NCBI GenBank assembly: GCA_025059715.1
Contig: JANXCE010000008.1
Span: 488 to 64,487 of the forward strand
DNA length: 64,000 nucleotides
Direction of reading: 5' to 3'
From: Caldimicrobium sp.
GTDB lineage: Bacteria > Desulfobacterota > Thermodesulfobacteria > Thermodesulfobacteriales > Thermodesulfobacteriaceae
Position numbers and translations under genes: made by a program. How positions within the stretch are numbered: the first letter of the stretch is position 1; the number at the start of each line of letters is the position of its first letter. The notes beneath the pieces were generated by a model that had not been told where the DNA came from, did not search any database, and saw only the letters and a list, made by a program, of their open reading frames with translations. Positions 10,026 to 19,008 of the stretch are shown here, piece by piece.

Positions 10026-10717
10026 TTAATATCACTGCTGTTAACTTCTTTTTCTTTAATCGGAATATATTTGGATCCTGAGATCATTGAAGAAATTACT
10101 CCTAGTGCATCCTTTATCTCGTTCCATATCGCCATGTAGAGATGAACTAAAATAAAGATACAAAAAACCCACAACATTAAGTAATGGATGAGGCGAGCCA
10201 GTTGGGGTGTTCCAAAGAGAGTAGTGCCGAAGGTTTTGAAAAAGGGATTTTCAGGATAAAGCATATATAGACCAGTGATAGCCATGATTATGGAAATTAT
10301 GAAGACTATTGTGTAAGTTATACCTGCAGTTTGAGTATGTCCCAACACTTTTGCCTTCTTGGAAGATAAATAGAAATAATACTTAATTTCACTTTTTAAA
10401 AGTTCAAAATTTGCTTTCCTAAGGGGTAGAAAGGATGTGGCTTTTTCCTGAAGATTACCAAAAAAGAGTAGATAGATGCGAAGTATCAGAGTGGAGATAA
10501 AGAAAAATCCCGCTATAAAATGAAGATGTCTCATAGTGGTCATGAGATAAGAAGGGCTAAACTCAGACCAAGAGGTAGTTGTAGGTGGGTTATTAATGTA
10601 GAGTCCCGTTATGATAAGAGTGATAGTTGCCAAGGCAAACAACCAGTGAAAGATCCGTAAGGACCAACTCCAAAAAGGAATTTTCTGATAGCCCTTTTCG
10701 TTTATGTTCATATCCAA
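10022..10717 (-). CDS. Ni/Fe-hydrogenase b-type cytochrome subunit (HyaC/HydC-like)
   Basis: RIFHW, RHLHF, RLIHY, VHLY heme-ligand His pattern; four TM helices; follows large subunit. Confidence 0.9.
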   Translation of the reverse strand: MDMNINEKGYQKIPFWSWSLRIFHWLFALATITLIITGLYINNPPTTTSWSEFSPSYLMTTMRHLHFIAGFFFISTLILRIYLLFFGNLQEKATSFLPLRKANFELLKSEIKYYFYLSSKKAKVLGHTQTAGITYTIVFIISIIMAITGLYMLYPENPFFKTFGTTLFGTPQLARLIHYLMLWVFCIFILVHLYMAIWNEIKDALGVISSMISGSKYIPIKEKEVNSSDIN

Positions 10718-10734
10718 GCCTCCCTATGATCTTT

Positions 10735-12444
10735 CTATAATACTTTCACTCTGGCAATTTCTTTTTTTTCTTTGTCTATGAGATGCACCGCACAGGCAAT
10801 ACAGGGATCAAAGGAGTGAATAGTTCTTAAAACTTCTAGGGGTTTTTCTGGATTCACAACAGGATTGTTAATTAAGGCTTCTTCATAGGGACCTCTTTTA
10901 CCCTTTTCATCCCTTGGGCTCACATTCCAGGTAGAGGGCACTACAGCCTGGTAGTTTTTGATCCTTCCCCCTTCAATAACTACCCAGTGTGAGAGGGTTC
11001 CTCTGGGTGCCTCATGAAAACCAAAGCCCTTTATCTCTCCCTTTGGAAATTGAATGCCCCTTTTGTAAGGATAAATCTCGTAATCTCCCTTAGCTATGTT
11101 TTCCTCTAAGAGGCTTAGATGTTTAAGGGCTAAATCCGCAAGCATTGCCGCTCTTACCGCTCGAGCTAAGTGTCTGCCCATAGTGGAATGCAGATCGTCT
11201 ATAGTAATTTTTTTCTTGGCAAGAGTGGAGACCCTATCTAAGGCATAATTGAGCCATTTAAGTGTTAATTCGTGTTTACTTGCTACGCCCATAAGGACCT
11301 GGGCTAAGGGACCAACTTGCATGGGTTCACCCTTGAAGCGGGGTCCTTTGGACCAGCTATATTTACCCCTTTCATTATAGCCTGTGTATTCTGGAATGGT
11401 GTCTCCCTCCCAAGGATGCTTGGCACCAATATCTTTGTACCAAGAGTGGGTTAGGACCTCGCTTACGTTATCCCTAAAATAGGGGTCTCCAAAATTAGAT
11501 ATAGGCTGATAAGTAGAGAGAGCGCCATTGAAAATAGTTCCGCCTGGTAAGTCAAAGGTAGTTCCCTTTGAATCTAAGGGTAAATCTGGAACTGCGAGAT
11601 AATTGGTTACTCCCTTACCAATATTAAACCAATCCGCATATAGGGCAGATAGCGCTATGGCGTCTGAGAGATAGACCTTTTGGACGAATTCCTTTACCTC
11701 AAGAAGAAGTTCTCTTGCATAGGCTAATCTCTCTAAGTTAAAAGTAGAGGGATTGTCTGGATTGATAGCTAAAGCCACACCACCGACGATGACAGTTTGA
11801 ATGTGGGGAGTTTTAGAGCCAAAGATGGCTACTACTTGATTGGCTTTATATTGATAGTCAAGGGCTGTTAAGTAATGTGCTACTGCCAATAAGTTCACTT
11901 CTGGTGAAAGCTTCATTTGAGGATGCCCCCAATAGCCAGTGGCAAAGGGCCCAAGCTGGCCACTGGCTACGAAATTGGTTAATTTCTCTTTTATACTTCT
12001 GAAATAGCTTTCACTATTTCCCTCCCAATCGGAGAGACTCTGAGCAAGTTGAGCTGTTTTCTTAGGATCTGCCTTAAGAGCTGATACTACATCTACCCAG
12101 TCAAGGGCGGAGAGATGGTAAAAATGCACAATATGGTCATGCAATGCGTGAGCACAGAGAATAATGTTTCTTACATATTGGGCATTTAAGGGGATAGCGA
12201 TATCCAGAGCATTCTCCACCGCTCTTACTGAGGCAATAGCATGAACTGTGGTGCATACACCACAAAATCTTTGGGTAAACATCCAAGCATCCCGGGGATC
12301 TCTATTCTTGAGGATAATTTCAATACCTCTCCACATCTGGGCAGATGCCCAGGCTTCAGTCACTCTTCCTCCATCTACCTCCACATCTATTCTTAGATGT
12401 CCCTCAATTCTGGTGATGGGATCAATGGTGATTTTCTTAGCCAT
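10735..12444 (-). CDS. hybC: [NiFe]-hydrogenase large subunit, HybC-like
   Basis: IDPITRIEGH, RFCGVC, DPCIACAVH plus 15-aa cleavable tail. Confidence 0.93.
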   Translation of the reverse strand: MAKKITIDPITRIEGHLRIDVEVDGGRVTEAWASAQMWRGIEIILKNRDPRDAWMFTQRFCGVCTTVHAIASVRAVENALDIAIPLNAQYVRNIILCAHALHDHIVHFYHLSALDWVDVVSALKADPKKTAQLAQSLSDWEGNSESYFRSIKEKLTNFVASGQLGPFATGYWGHPQMKLSPEVNLLAVAHYLTALDYQYKANQVVAIFGSKTPHIQTVIVGGVALAINPDNPSTFNLERLAYARELLLEVKEFVQKVYLSDAIALSALYADWFNIGKGVTNYLAVPDLPLDSKGTTFDLPGGTIFNGALSTYQPISNFGDPYFRDNVSEVLTHSWYKDIGAKHPWEGDTIPEYTGYNERGKYSWSKGPRFKGEPMQVGPLAQVLMGVASKHELTLKWLNYALDRVSTLAKKKITIDDLHSTMGRHLARAVRAAMLADLALKHLSLLEENIAKGDYEIYPYKRGIQFPKGEIKGFGFHEAPRGTLSHWVVIEGGRIKNYQAVVPSTWNVSPRDEKGKRGPYEEALINNPVVNPEKPLEVLRTIHSFDPCIACAVHLIDKEKKEIARVKVL

Positions 12445-13540
12445 GTTTCTCCTCCTTTGTCTCTGTTGGAGTGTCTACATTGTTTGTTTTAGAAGATTTA
12501 AATACTCTTTTTAATATCCCCGCACCAGCATGAACCGCTATAGCTGCTCCTGCTCCAAGAAGGGCCACTTTTCCAATGTCTTCCGCATCAGCAATGATTC
12601 CCTTGCCACCTGGTATCTTTATATCTGGCAAGTGTTTATAAAAGGGAGTCATTCTATCCCAGAAATTGGGTTCTGTGCATCCGAGACAGGGGTGACCAGC
12701 CCCTATAGGCCAGGCACCTATGTCGCAAAACTTGAGGGTCATACAATTGGCATAGGTTACAGGACCTTTGCATCCCACTTTATAGAGACAATATCCTCGC
12801 CGGTGTCCTTCATCTCCAAAGGACTCTACAAATCTACCTTCATCAAAGTGGGCCCTCCTTTCACAGTGATCGTGAATCTTTCTACCGTAGGCAAATACGG
12901 GCCTTTTGTGTTCATCCAATTCCGGAGGTCTATTAAAGGTAAGGAGATAAGCAACTGTAGCTAAGAGATTATAGGGATTTGGAGGACACCCGGAAATATT
13001 TATTAACTTAGAGGAACCTATTACTTCGGAAACTCCTACTGCCCCAGTGGGATTAGGAGCTGCCGCTTGAATGCCACCAAAGGTAGCACAAGTTCCAAAG
13101 GCTATTACCAATTTTGCCTCGCGTGAAACCTCCTTTAATATCTGCAGAGCAGGTTTACCACCAATTTGACAATAGATTCCTCCATCTTTAGTAGAGACAG
13201 CTCCTTCTACTACTAATATATATTGCCCCTTTGCCTCTTGTATAGCCCTTTTGAGGGCTTCTTCTGCTTGATGCCCTGCTCCAGCCATTAATGTCTCATG
13301 ATAGGCAAGATCTACTATTTCTAAAAGAAAGCGCCCTAAGGGTGGATGAGAGGCTCGTAACAAGGTCTCAGAACAACCAGTGCACTCCATAAAGTGCAAC
13401 CAAATAACCGTAGGTTTTCTTTTTGCTTTTACACTTGCTTCAACTTTTTTTACCAGGGCATGGGGAAGCCCCATAGTAGCTGTTAAAATAGTGCAAATTT
13501 TTAGGAAATCCCGGCGATTTATATTTGTTAAATTCTCCAT
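12437..13540 (-). CDS. hybO: [NiFe]-hydrogenase small subunit, HybO-like, Tat signal and C-terminal anchor
   Basis: RRDFLK Tat motif, ECTGCSE, GCPP, HCERR, CLYKVGCKGP, GHPCLGC, hydrophobic C-terminal helix. Confidence 0.93.
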   Translation of the reverse strand: MENLTNINRRDFLKICTILTATMGLPHALVKKVEASVKAKRKPTVIWLHFMECTGCSETLLRASHPPLGRFLLEIVDLAYHETLMAGAGHQAEEALKRAIQEAKGQYILVVEGAVSTKDGGIYCQIGGKPALQILKEVSREAKLVIAFGTCATFGGIQAAAPNPTGAVGVSEVIGSSKLINISGCPPNPYNLLATVAYLLTFNRPPELDEHKRPVFAYGRKIHDHCERRAHFDEGRFVESFGDEGHRRGYCLYKVGCKGPVTYANCMTLKFCDIGAWPIGAGHPCLGCTEPNFWDRMTPFYKHLPDIKIPGGKGIIADAEDIGKVALLGAGAAIAVHAGAGILKRVFKSSKTNNVDTPTETKEEKHG

Positions 13541-13594
13541 ATGCCCTCCCGAAAAGATATCGTGTCTGAAGAATATGGGGTTATATTTTACCTT

Positions 13595-13622
13595 AACTGG
13601 TTAAAAAGTCAAGGGAAATTTT
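13595..13622 (-). promoter_or_regulatory. Candidate sigma70 promoter TTGACT-N16-TAAAAT for the hydrogenase operon; palindrome TTAAC-TG-GTTAA in the spacer
   Basis: Minus-strand hexamers at 13622-13617 and 13600-13595; palindrome at 13603-13614. Confidence 0.6.
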
Positions 13623-13642
13623 TACTCAATTAAAAATTTACT

Positions 13643-15175
13643 TTAAAATTGCCCTTTAGAGTATTTTTGTATGCGATAGCTAAGTTGTCTTCTGGTTAAG
13701 CCTAAGAGTTTTGCCGCTTTGCTCTGATTGAAATTGCAATCCTTTAGAACTTGAAAAATTCTCTCTCTTTCTAAACTCTCCAGTTGTTTTTTAAGGTTGT
13801 AAGGGGAGTTGAGTTTTTCCTTGGAGTGAGTTGATGGGGGAAGACCCTTATCCAACATGTTTAGAGTAAAGGGAAGGTCACTGATTTCAATCCATTCTCT
13901 CTCGGTGAGCAATACCAATCTCTCCACTAAATTTTCAAGTTCCCTTACATTTCCTGGAAAGGTATAGTGCATTAGGTATTCTACAGTCTCAGGTTTGAAT
14001 TTAAGGCTTTTTCCGTAAAGTTGATTGTACTTTCGTAAGAAGTAGTCTACAAGTAAGGGGATATCCTCCTTTCTCTCCCTTAGGGGAGGAATAAATAGGG
14101 GAACAACGTTGAGTCTCCAGTAGAGATCCTCTCTAAATTCACCTCTTTTTACCATTTGCTCCAGAGGTCGATGAGTGGCAGCAATGATTCGAATGTCTAC
14201 TCGGATACTTCTATTGCTACCCAATCTTTCAAAGCTCTGTTCTTGAAGGACTCGTAAAAGTTTACCCTGTAAGGTAATAGGTAGATCTCCTACTTCATCT
14301 AAAAAGAGGGTTCCTCCATCCGCCAACTCAATTTTGCCTTTTTTGGAGGTATGGGCTCCAGTAAAGGCGCCCTTTTCAAAACCAAAGAGTTCTGCCTCAA
14401 GAAGGGTCTCGGGAATGGCAGCACAATTAATGGCCACAAAGGCCTTATCTCCTCGGGGAGAACTAAAATGAATAGCCTTAGCTAAAAGTTCTTTACCAGT
14501 GCCCGATTCCCCCCGAAGTAGCACTGTCGCTTTGGTAGGAGCTATCTTGATAGCGGTTTTTATAATCTCTCGCATAGCAGCACTTGTGTAAATTATGTTG
14601 TGAAAATGGTATCGTTCCATTAACTCCTTTTCCAATTCCTCTCGCTTGGTTTTTTCTTCAAAAAAGGCTCGGTAGAGTTTTAAAGTTTGCGCAATAAGAG
14701 AGGCAACAATTTCAAGAACTCTTAAGTCTTCTTCAAAGGATATACTTTCATCAAAGATTCGGTCCACAGAGAGCACACCAAGAATCTCCTCTTTAAACTT
14801 TATAGGCACACAAAGAAAAGAAATTTTATCCTTTTCTATCCTTGCTCCTGTTCTATTTAAAAACAGAGGTTCCTTTCCTATGTCAGGGACAACCATTGGA
14901 GATCCATATTCTACCACTCTACCCACTATACCCTCACCTATTTTATATCTCCCTTTGGCAATCTGTTCCTCTGTTAACCCATAGGCTACCTCAATCCGTA
15001 GTTCTCCTGTTTTTGGATCAAGGAGAGTTATAGTCCCTCTACGCATGTCTAAGTAGTCAGAAAGGAGTTTCATGGCCTGAAAGAGATTTTTTTTGAGTTC
15101 AAAGGAAGAGGTAAGAACCTTACTTACCTCAAAGAGGGCTAAAAGTTCTGCATTCTTACGCTCTAAAGGTTCCAT
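13643..15175 (-). CDS. NifA-like sigma54 activator (GAF-AAA+-HTH), divergent from glnA
   Basis: GAF (GEGIVGRV), GESGTGKE, GAFTGA, FLDEVG, FREDLYWRL, PGNVRELEN, Fis-type HTH; likely start ATG 15175 rather than 15229. Confidence 0.92.
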   Translation of the reverse strand: MEPLERKNAELLALFEVSKVLTSSFELKKNLFQAMKLLSDYLDMRRGTITLLDPKTGELRIEVAYGLTEEQIAKGRYKIGEGIVGRVVEYGSPMVVPDIGKEPLFLNRTGARIEKDKISFLCVPIKFKEEILGVLSVDRIFDESISFEEDLRVLEIVASLIAQTLKLYRAFFEEKTKREELEKELMERYHFHNIIYTSAAMREIIKTAIKIAPTKATVLLRGESGTGKELLAKAIHFSSPRGDKAFVAINCAAIPETLLEAELFGFEKGAFTGAHTSKKGKIELADGGTLFLDEVGDLPITLQGKLLRVLQEQSFERLGSNRSIRVDIRIIAATHRPLEQMVKRGEFREDLYWRLNVVPLFIPPLRERKEDIPLLVDYFLRKYNQLYGKSLKFKPETVEYLMHYTFPGNVRELENLVERLVLLTEREWIEISDLPFTLNMLDKGLPPSTHSKEKLNSPYNLKKQLESLERERIFQVLKDCNFNQSKAAKLLGLTRRQLSYRIQKYSKGQF

Positions 15176-15222
15176 AGTCTTAAGATTAACATTTTTACAT
15201 TTTTGTGCAACTCTGTCAAAAA

Positions 15223-15238
15223 TGAACAATTTTGTTCA
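15223..15238. promoter_or_regulatory. Perfect palindrome TGAACAA-TT-TTGTTCA; candidate upstream activator site
   Basis: Exact inverted repeat in the nifA-like/glnA intergenic region, about 65 nt upstream of a -24 element. Confidence 0.55.
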
Positions 15239-15302
15239 GTTTTTTTGTCTATGTTAATAGATTAGATGCCAGTGATATTTAGATTTAGGGAGATGATTTC
15301 AT

Positions 15303-15318
15303 TGGCATTTTTTTTGAG
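15303..15318 (+). promoter_or_regulatory. Candidate sigma54 -24/-12 promoter for glnA (TGGCA-T8-GA)
   Basis: GG at 15304-15305 with correct N10 spacing to G15316; GA instead of canonical GC; next to a GAFTGA activator. Confidence 0.6.
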
Positions 15319-15356
15319 ATAATTTTTTAAAAAAACTTTAAAGGGGGGTTAGGTTT

Positions 15357-16691
15357 ATGATGGAAAAGCCAAGAGATGTCAAAGATGTGATGGAGCTGGT
15401 TAAGGCTTATGATGTGAGGTTTGTGAGGCTTTGGTTTGTGGATATTTTGGGACAGCTCAAAAGTTTTGCCATTCATGTAGATGAGTTGGAGACTGCCTTT
15501 GAGGAGGGTATGGGTTTTGATGGCTCTTCTATTAAAGGTTTTGCCCGTATTGATGAATCTGACATGGTTGCCATTCCTGATCCTACAACCTTTACCATTC
15601 TTCCATGGAGACCAAAGGAAAAGGCGGTAGCCAGGATGTTTTGTGATATCTATAATCCCGATGGGACCCCCTATCAGGGCGACCCCCGATATGCCCTTAA
15701 GAGGGCCTTAGATAAAATGAAAAACATGGGTTTTACCAATTTTTATGTGGGTCCTGAGCTCGAATTCTTTTATTTCAAATCTCCCCAGAGTCCTGAAATA
15801 TTAGATGAAGCAGGTTATTTTGATTATCCTATGGATGCGGCTGAAGACTTAAGAAGAGATACTATTCTTGCGCTTGAGGCTATGGGAATTAGGGTGGAGT
15901 ATTCCCATCATGAAGTGGCCCCCTCTCAGCATGAAATTGACCTTCGCTATGCAGATGCCTTAGAAATGGCAGATATTGTTATGACTTATAAAGTAACTGT
16001 AAAAGAAATTGCAAGGAAATATGGTGTTTATGCCACTTTTATGCCGAAACCCATTTTTGGTGTAAACGGGTCGGGTATGCATACCCATCAAAGTCTTTTT
16101 ATAGGAAATAAGAATGCCTTTTTTGATCCCAATGATCCCTATCATCTCTCGGATATTGCTAAGCAATATACCGCAGGTTTGCTGACTCATATTAAAGAAA
16201 TAACCTTAGTGCTTAATCAATGGGTCAATTCCTATAAGAGGCTTGTTCCTGGATATGAGGCTCCCGTATATATTTGTTGGGCAAGGAGAAACCGCTCCGC
16301 TCTAATTAGAATTCCTATGTATAAACCTGGTAAAGAGAAGGCTACTCGTATTGAGCTAAGATCTCCAGATCCCGGCTGTAACCCTTATCTTGCCTTTGCA
16401 GCTATGCTAACCGCAGGTTTAAAGGGTATCGAGAGGAAGTATCAACTTCCTGACCCAGTAGAACAGGATGTTTACCATATGGCTCCTGAAGAGAGAGCTA
16501 AGCTGGGTATAGAGGAGCTACCAGGTAGTTTGATTGAGGCCATAGAGCATGCGGAAAAGAGTGACCTGCTCCGTGAAGCTCTGGGAGATCATATCTTTCA
16601 ACAGCTTATTTGTAATAAAAAAATAGAGTGGGACGATTACCGAATTAGAGTTACCGAATACGAGATTAGCAGGTATTTACCCATACTTTAA
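15357..16691 (+). CDS. glnA: Glutamine synthetase type I
   Basis: FDGSSI, GPELEF, HHEVAPSQHE, FMPKP, NGSGMHTH, KRLVPGYEAP, NRSALIR, ELRSPD. Confidence 0.98.
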   Translation: MMEKPRDVKDVMELVKAYDVRFVRLWFVDILGQLKSFAIHVDELETAFEEGMGFDGSSIKGFARIDESDMVAIPDPTTFTILPWRPKEKAVARMFCDIYNPDGTPYQGDPRYALKRALDKMKNMGFTNFYVGPELEFFYFKSPQSPEILDEAGYFDYPMDAAEDLRRDTILALEAMGIRVEYSHHEVAPSQHEIDLRYADALEMADIVMTYKVTVKEIARKYGVYATFMPKPIFGVNGSGMHTHQSLFIGNKNAFFDPNDPYHLSDIAKQYTAGLLTHIKEITLVLNQWVNSYKRLVPGYEAPVYICWARRNRSALIRIPMYKPGKEKATRIELRSPDPGCNPYLAFAAMLTAGLKGIERKYQLPDPVEQDVYHMAPEERAKLGIEELPGSLIEAIEHAEKSDLLREALGDHIFQQLICNKKIEWDDYRIRVTEYEISRYLPIL

Positions 16692-16699
16692 TTCCGAGT

Positions 16700-16721
16700 C
16701 CTCCCTCCATTGGGAGGGAGG
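16700..16721 (+). promoter_or_regulatory. GC-rich hairpin after glnA that covers the next gene's Shine-Dalgarno
   Basis: CCTCCCTCC-ATTG-GGAGGGAGG; GGAGGT at 16717-16722, ATG at 16730; no U tract. Confidence 0.65.
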
Positions 16722-16729
16722 TGCCTTTC

Positions 16730-17595
16730 ATGCATTTGATCTCAAAGATAGGTGAAATCTTAGTTAGTTATCCAGATTTTAGGACTTCTCTTTTCGAAGT
16801 TTTGAAGGTGCTTTATTCCTACTGGGAGGTCAACATCTCCTTTATCTCTTTTTTTATCCTCATACTGAAACCTTAAAGATTATGGCTTATTTTGGGCTTA
16901 AAGAGGAGGAAGCCAATAGGGCTATTTTTAGGAGTGGTGAGGGAATAGTGGGTAAAGTTTACAAGAATGGTATCCCTATGGTATTGAGGGATCTTAATGA
17001 AAGGGTTTATTTAAACCTGATGGGCCTACGGGAGCGCCTTGAAAGGGGAACTTCCTTTTTGGCAGTTCCTATTAAGAATAGAGGCGAAGTTATAGGGGTA
17101 TTAGCTATCTTTAGAAACCTTAGCCCTGAGGATTTCATTGAAAGGGCTATAGAACTTCTTCAAGAGGTAGCAGTTTTAATCAGTATGGCCTATCAGATGG
17201 AGAGAAAACTTACCTATGAGAGAATTACCTGGGATGAAGAGAGAAGGATTCTTACGGAAGCCTTAGAAGAGAGGGTGGAGTTGTCTAGCATCATAGGACA
17301 ATCAAAGATAATGCGTGATATAATGTATCTTGTAAAGAGGATTTCTCTCTCGGCGGCTAATGTTTTGATTACTGGAGAGTCAGGCACGGGAAAGACCCTC
17401 TTTGCAAAGATAATTCACCACTTAAGTTCCCGTTGGCAAAAACCCTTTGTGATCGTGAACTTGTTCTGTTATTCCTAAGATCCTCCATGAGGCAGAGCTC
17501 TTTGCTCATATGAGAAGGATACCTTCACACAAGTCCACACCTCAAAAAAAGAAAATTTGAACTTGCTCAGGGAGGAACAATTTTTCTTGATAAAA
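16730..17595 (+). pseudogene. Frameshifted, truncated NifA-like GAF-AAA+ paralogue
   Basis: Pieces in different frames: MHLISKIGEILVSY..., YPHTETLKIMAYFGL, GEGIVGKV, GESGTGKT, NCSVIPKILHEAELF, YEKDTFTQVHTSKK, KFELAQGGTIFLD, then the match ends. Confidence 0.85.
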
Positions 17596-17599
17596 AAGG

Positions 17600-17796
17600 A
17601 ACCTCTTTTTGGTAATCCCTCTCAGCTCTGGATTCAGCTACTCTCGGTGGTGGTAGTGCTGATCTACGATTTATTGGTGACAGCAATTATTCTCCTTGGT
17701 ATTAAAGTAACCATGGGACTGAGGTCCTATGAGGAAGAGGAAATAGCAGGGCTTGATCTCTCCCATCACGGCGAAAGAGCCTACGACTTAGAGTAG
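17600..17796 (+). pseudogene. amtB: C-terminal remnant of an Amt ammonium transporter
   Basis: LFGNPSQLWIQL...GLRSYEEEEIAGLDLSHHGERAY matches the last TM helix and cytoplasmic tail of AmtB-type proteins; no 5' part present. Confidence 0.85.
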
Positions 17797-17824
17797 CATC
17801 AAATATATTAAAGAAGGAATAGCC

Positions 17825-18925
17825 ATGGGTAAACTAAGAGCCATAATCCAAAGCTTAGGATTGTTGTTGATACCTTTAATGGAGGCTAGTTCCTGTGAGG
17901 TAAAAAGCGACCTCTTGAGAAAATTAGAGATTAATGGGGCACTTAGCGGTTATTTCATCACAGGAAAGAAAGTTGCTGAAGATGCAAGAAGAACAAGAAC
18001 AGATATTTCATCTGGACTGGTAAGTATTAGCAAAAAGGCAGAACCCATAGGATTTGTGCTCACCAGGGGAGTTTATGCTACTCCGGTCATAGGCATAGAC
18101 CACCTCAAAACAGCAGATTATACAGAACTCTTTAGCCCTTTTCCTATAGCCTATTTTGAGATAAACCCAGTCAAAAACCTATCTCTTATGATTGGAAGGA
18201 TGGGCACACTGGTTGGTTTTGAAGCTCCTTTTACCTATCAGAATAACTATATCCAAAGGGGTCTTGTTTGGAATATGCAACCCCTTTTACATTATGGAGT
18301 TAGACTTAGTTACAGCTTTGAAAAGATAAGCATAAAACTTGGATTGACTGATGGCTACTATTCTATGGGAGTAGATTCCTTTAAGTCAAGTGGTAAGGAA
18401 GTCAGAGAAACTTCCCTTGCCCTTGAAGGAAGTTTTTCCTACGCATTATCCTCTAATCTAAGCATAGCCTTTAATTATCTCATTCCAGAAAAGGATACCA
18501 AACCCAATGAAGCCTCTAATCCAGCAAATAAAAGGCAATATAATCTTGTTGCCTCTTATACCTTGGGAAATCTTACAGAGGGACTGGACTTACTTTATGT
18601 GGATTCCCCGAACTCTGACAAAGCACAGGTTTTGAAAAGAGCTTCAGCCTATGGTGGTGCTTTACATTTAGCCTTGGACAGAGCTCCCTTTAAGATTGCC
18701 GGCAGAGTAGAGTATGTAAGAGATAAAAATGATAAAGGAGACCTGGATCTTCTTGGTATTGGGGAGAAAAATAGCTCCTACACCCTCACCTTGAGCCCTG
18801 GCTATTACAAAGATCCTCTCTTTGTAAGGATAGACCTAAGTTACGTAAAGGCCAAGGATCCCTTTACCTATAACAATAAAACCAGTCAAAGTAAATTTGC
18901 CTTAGAGGTGGGATTTAAATTTTAG
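17825..18925 (+). CDS. Putative outer-membrane beta-barrel porin (type often found beside amt/glnK)
   Basis: N-terminal signal-like segment, alternating beta-strand pattern, C-terminal ALEVGFKF with terminal Phe. Confidence 0.7.
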   Translation: MGKLRAIIQSLGLLLIPLMEASSCEVKSDLLRKLEINGALSGYFITGKKVAEDARRTRTDISSGLVSISKKAEPIGFVLTRGVYATPVIGIDHLKTADYTELFSPFPIAYFEINPVKNLSLMIGRMGTLVGFEAPFTYQNNYIQRGLVWNMQPLLHYGVRLSYSFEKISIKLGLTDGYYSMGVDSFKSSGKEVRETSLALEGSFSYALSSNLSIAFNYLIPEKDTKPNEASNPANKRQYNLVASYTLGNLTEGLDLLYVDSPNSDKAQVLKRASAYGGALHLALDRAPFKIAGRVEYVRDKNDKGDLDLLGIGEKNSSYTLTLSPGYYKDPLFVRIDLSYVKAKDPFTYNNKTSQSKFALEVGFKF

Positions 18926-19008
18926 ACAAAAACCTCTTCTACAAAGCTTGACCCTATGTTAAACTTTGAAATGCCTACGGAAAGTGGATTGTTTATGAGT
19001 GGCTATCG

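Noticed and set aside
13643-15229. Nitrogen fixation locus suggested by a NifA-like regulator
   Set aside because: No nifH/D/K or other nif genes in the window; the context is ammonium assimilation
17557-17796. 79-aa ORF as a real small protein
   Set aside because: It is a chimera of out-of-frame nifA remnant and the Amt C-terminus, with a TTG start and no RBS
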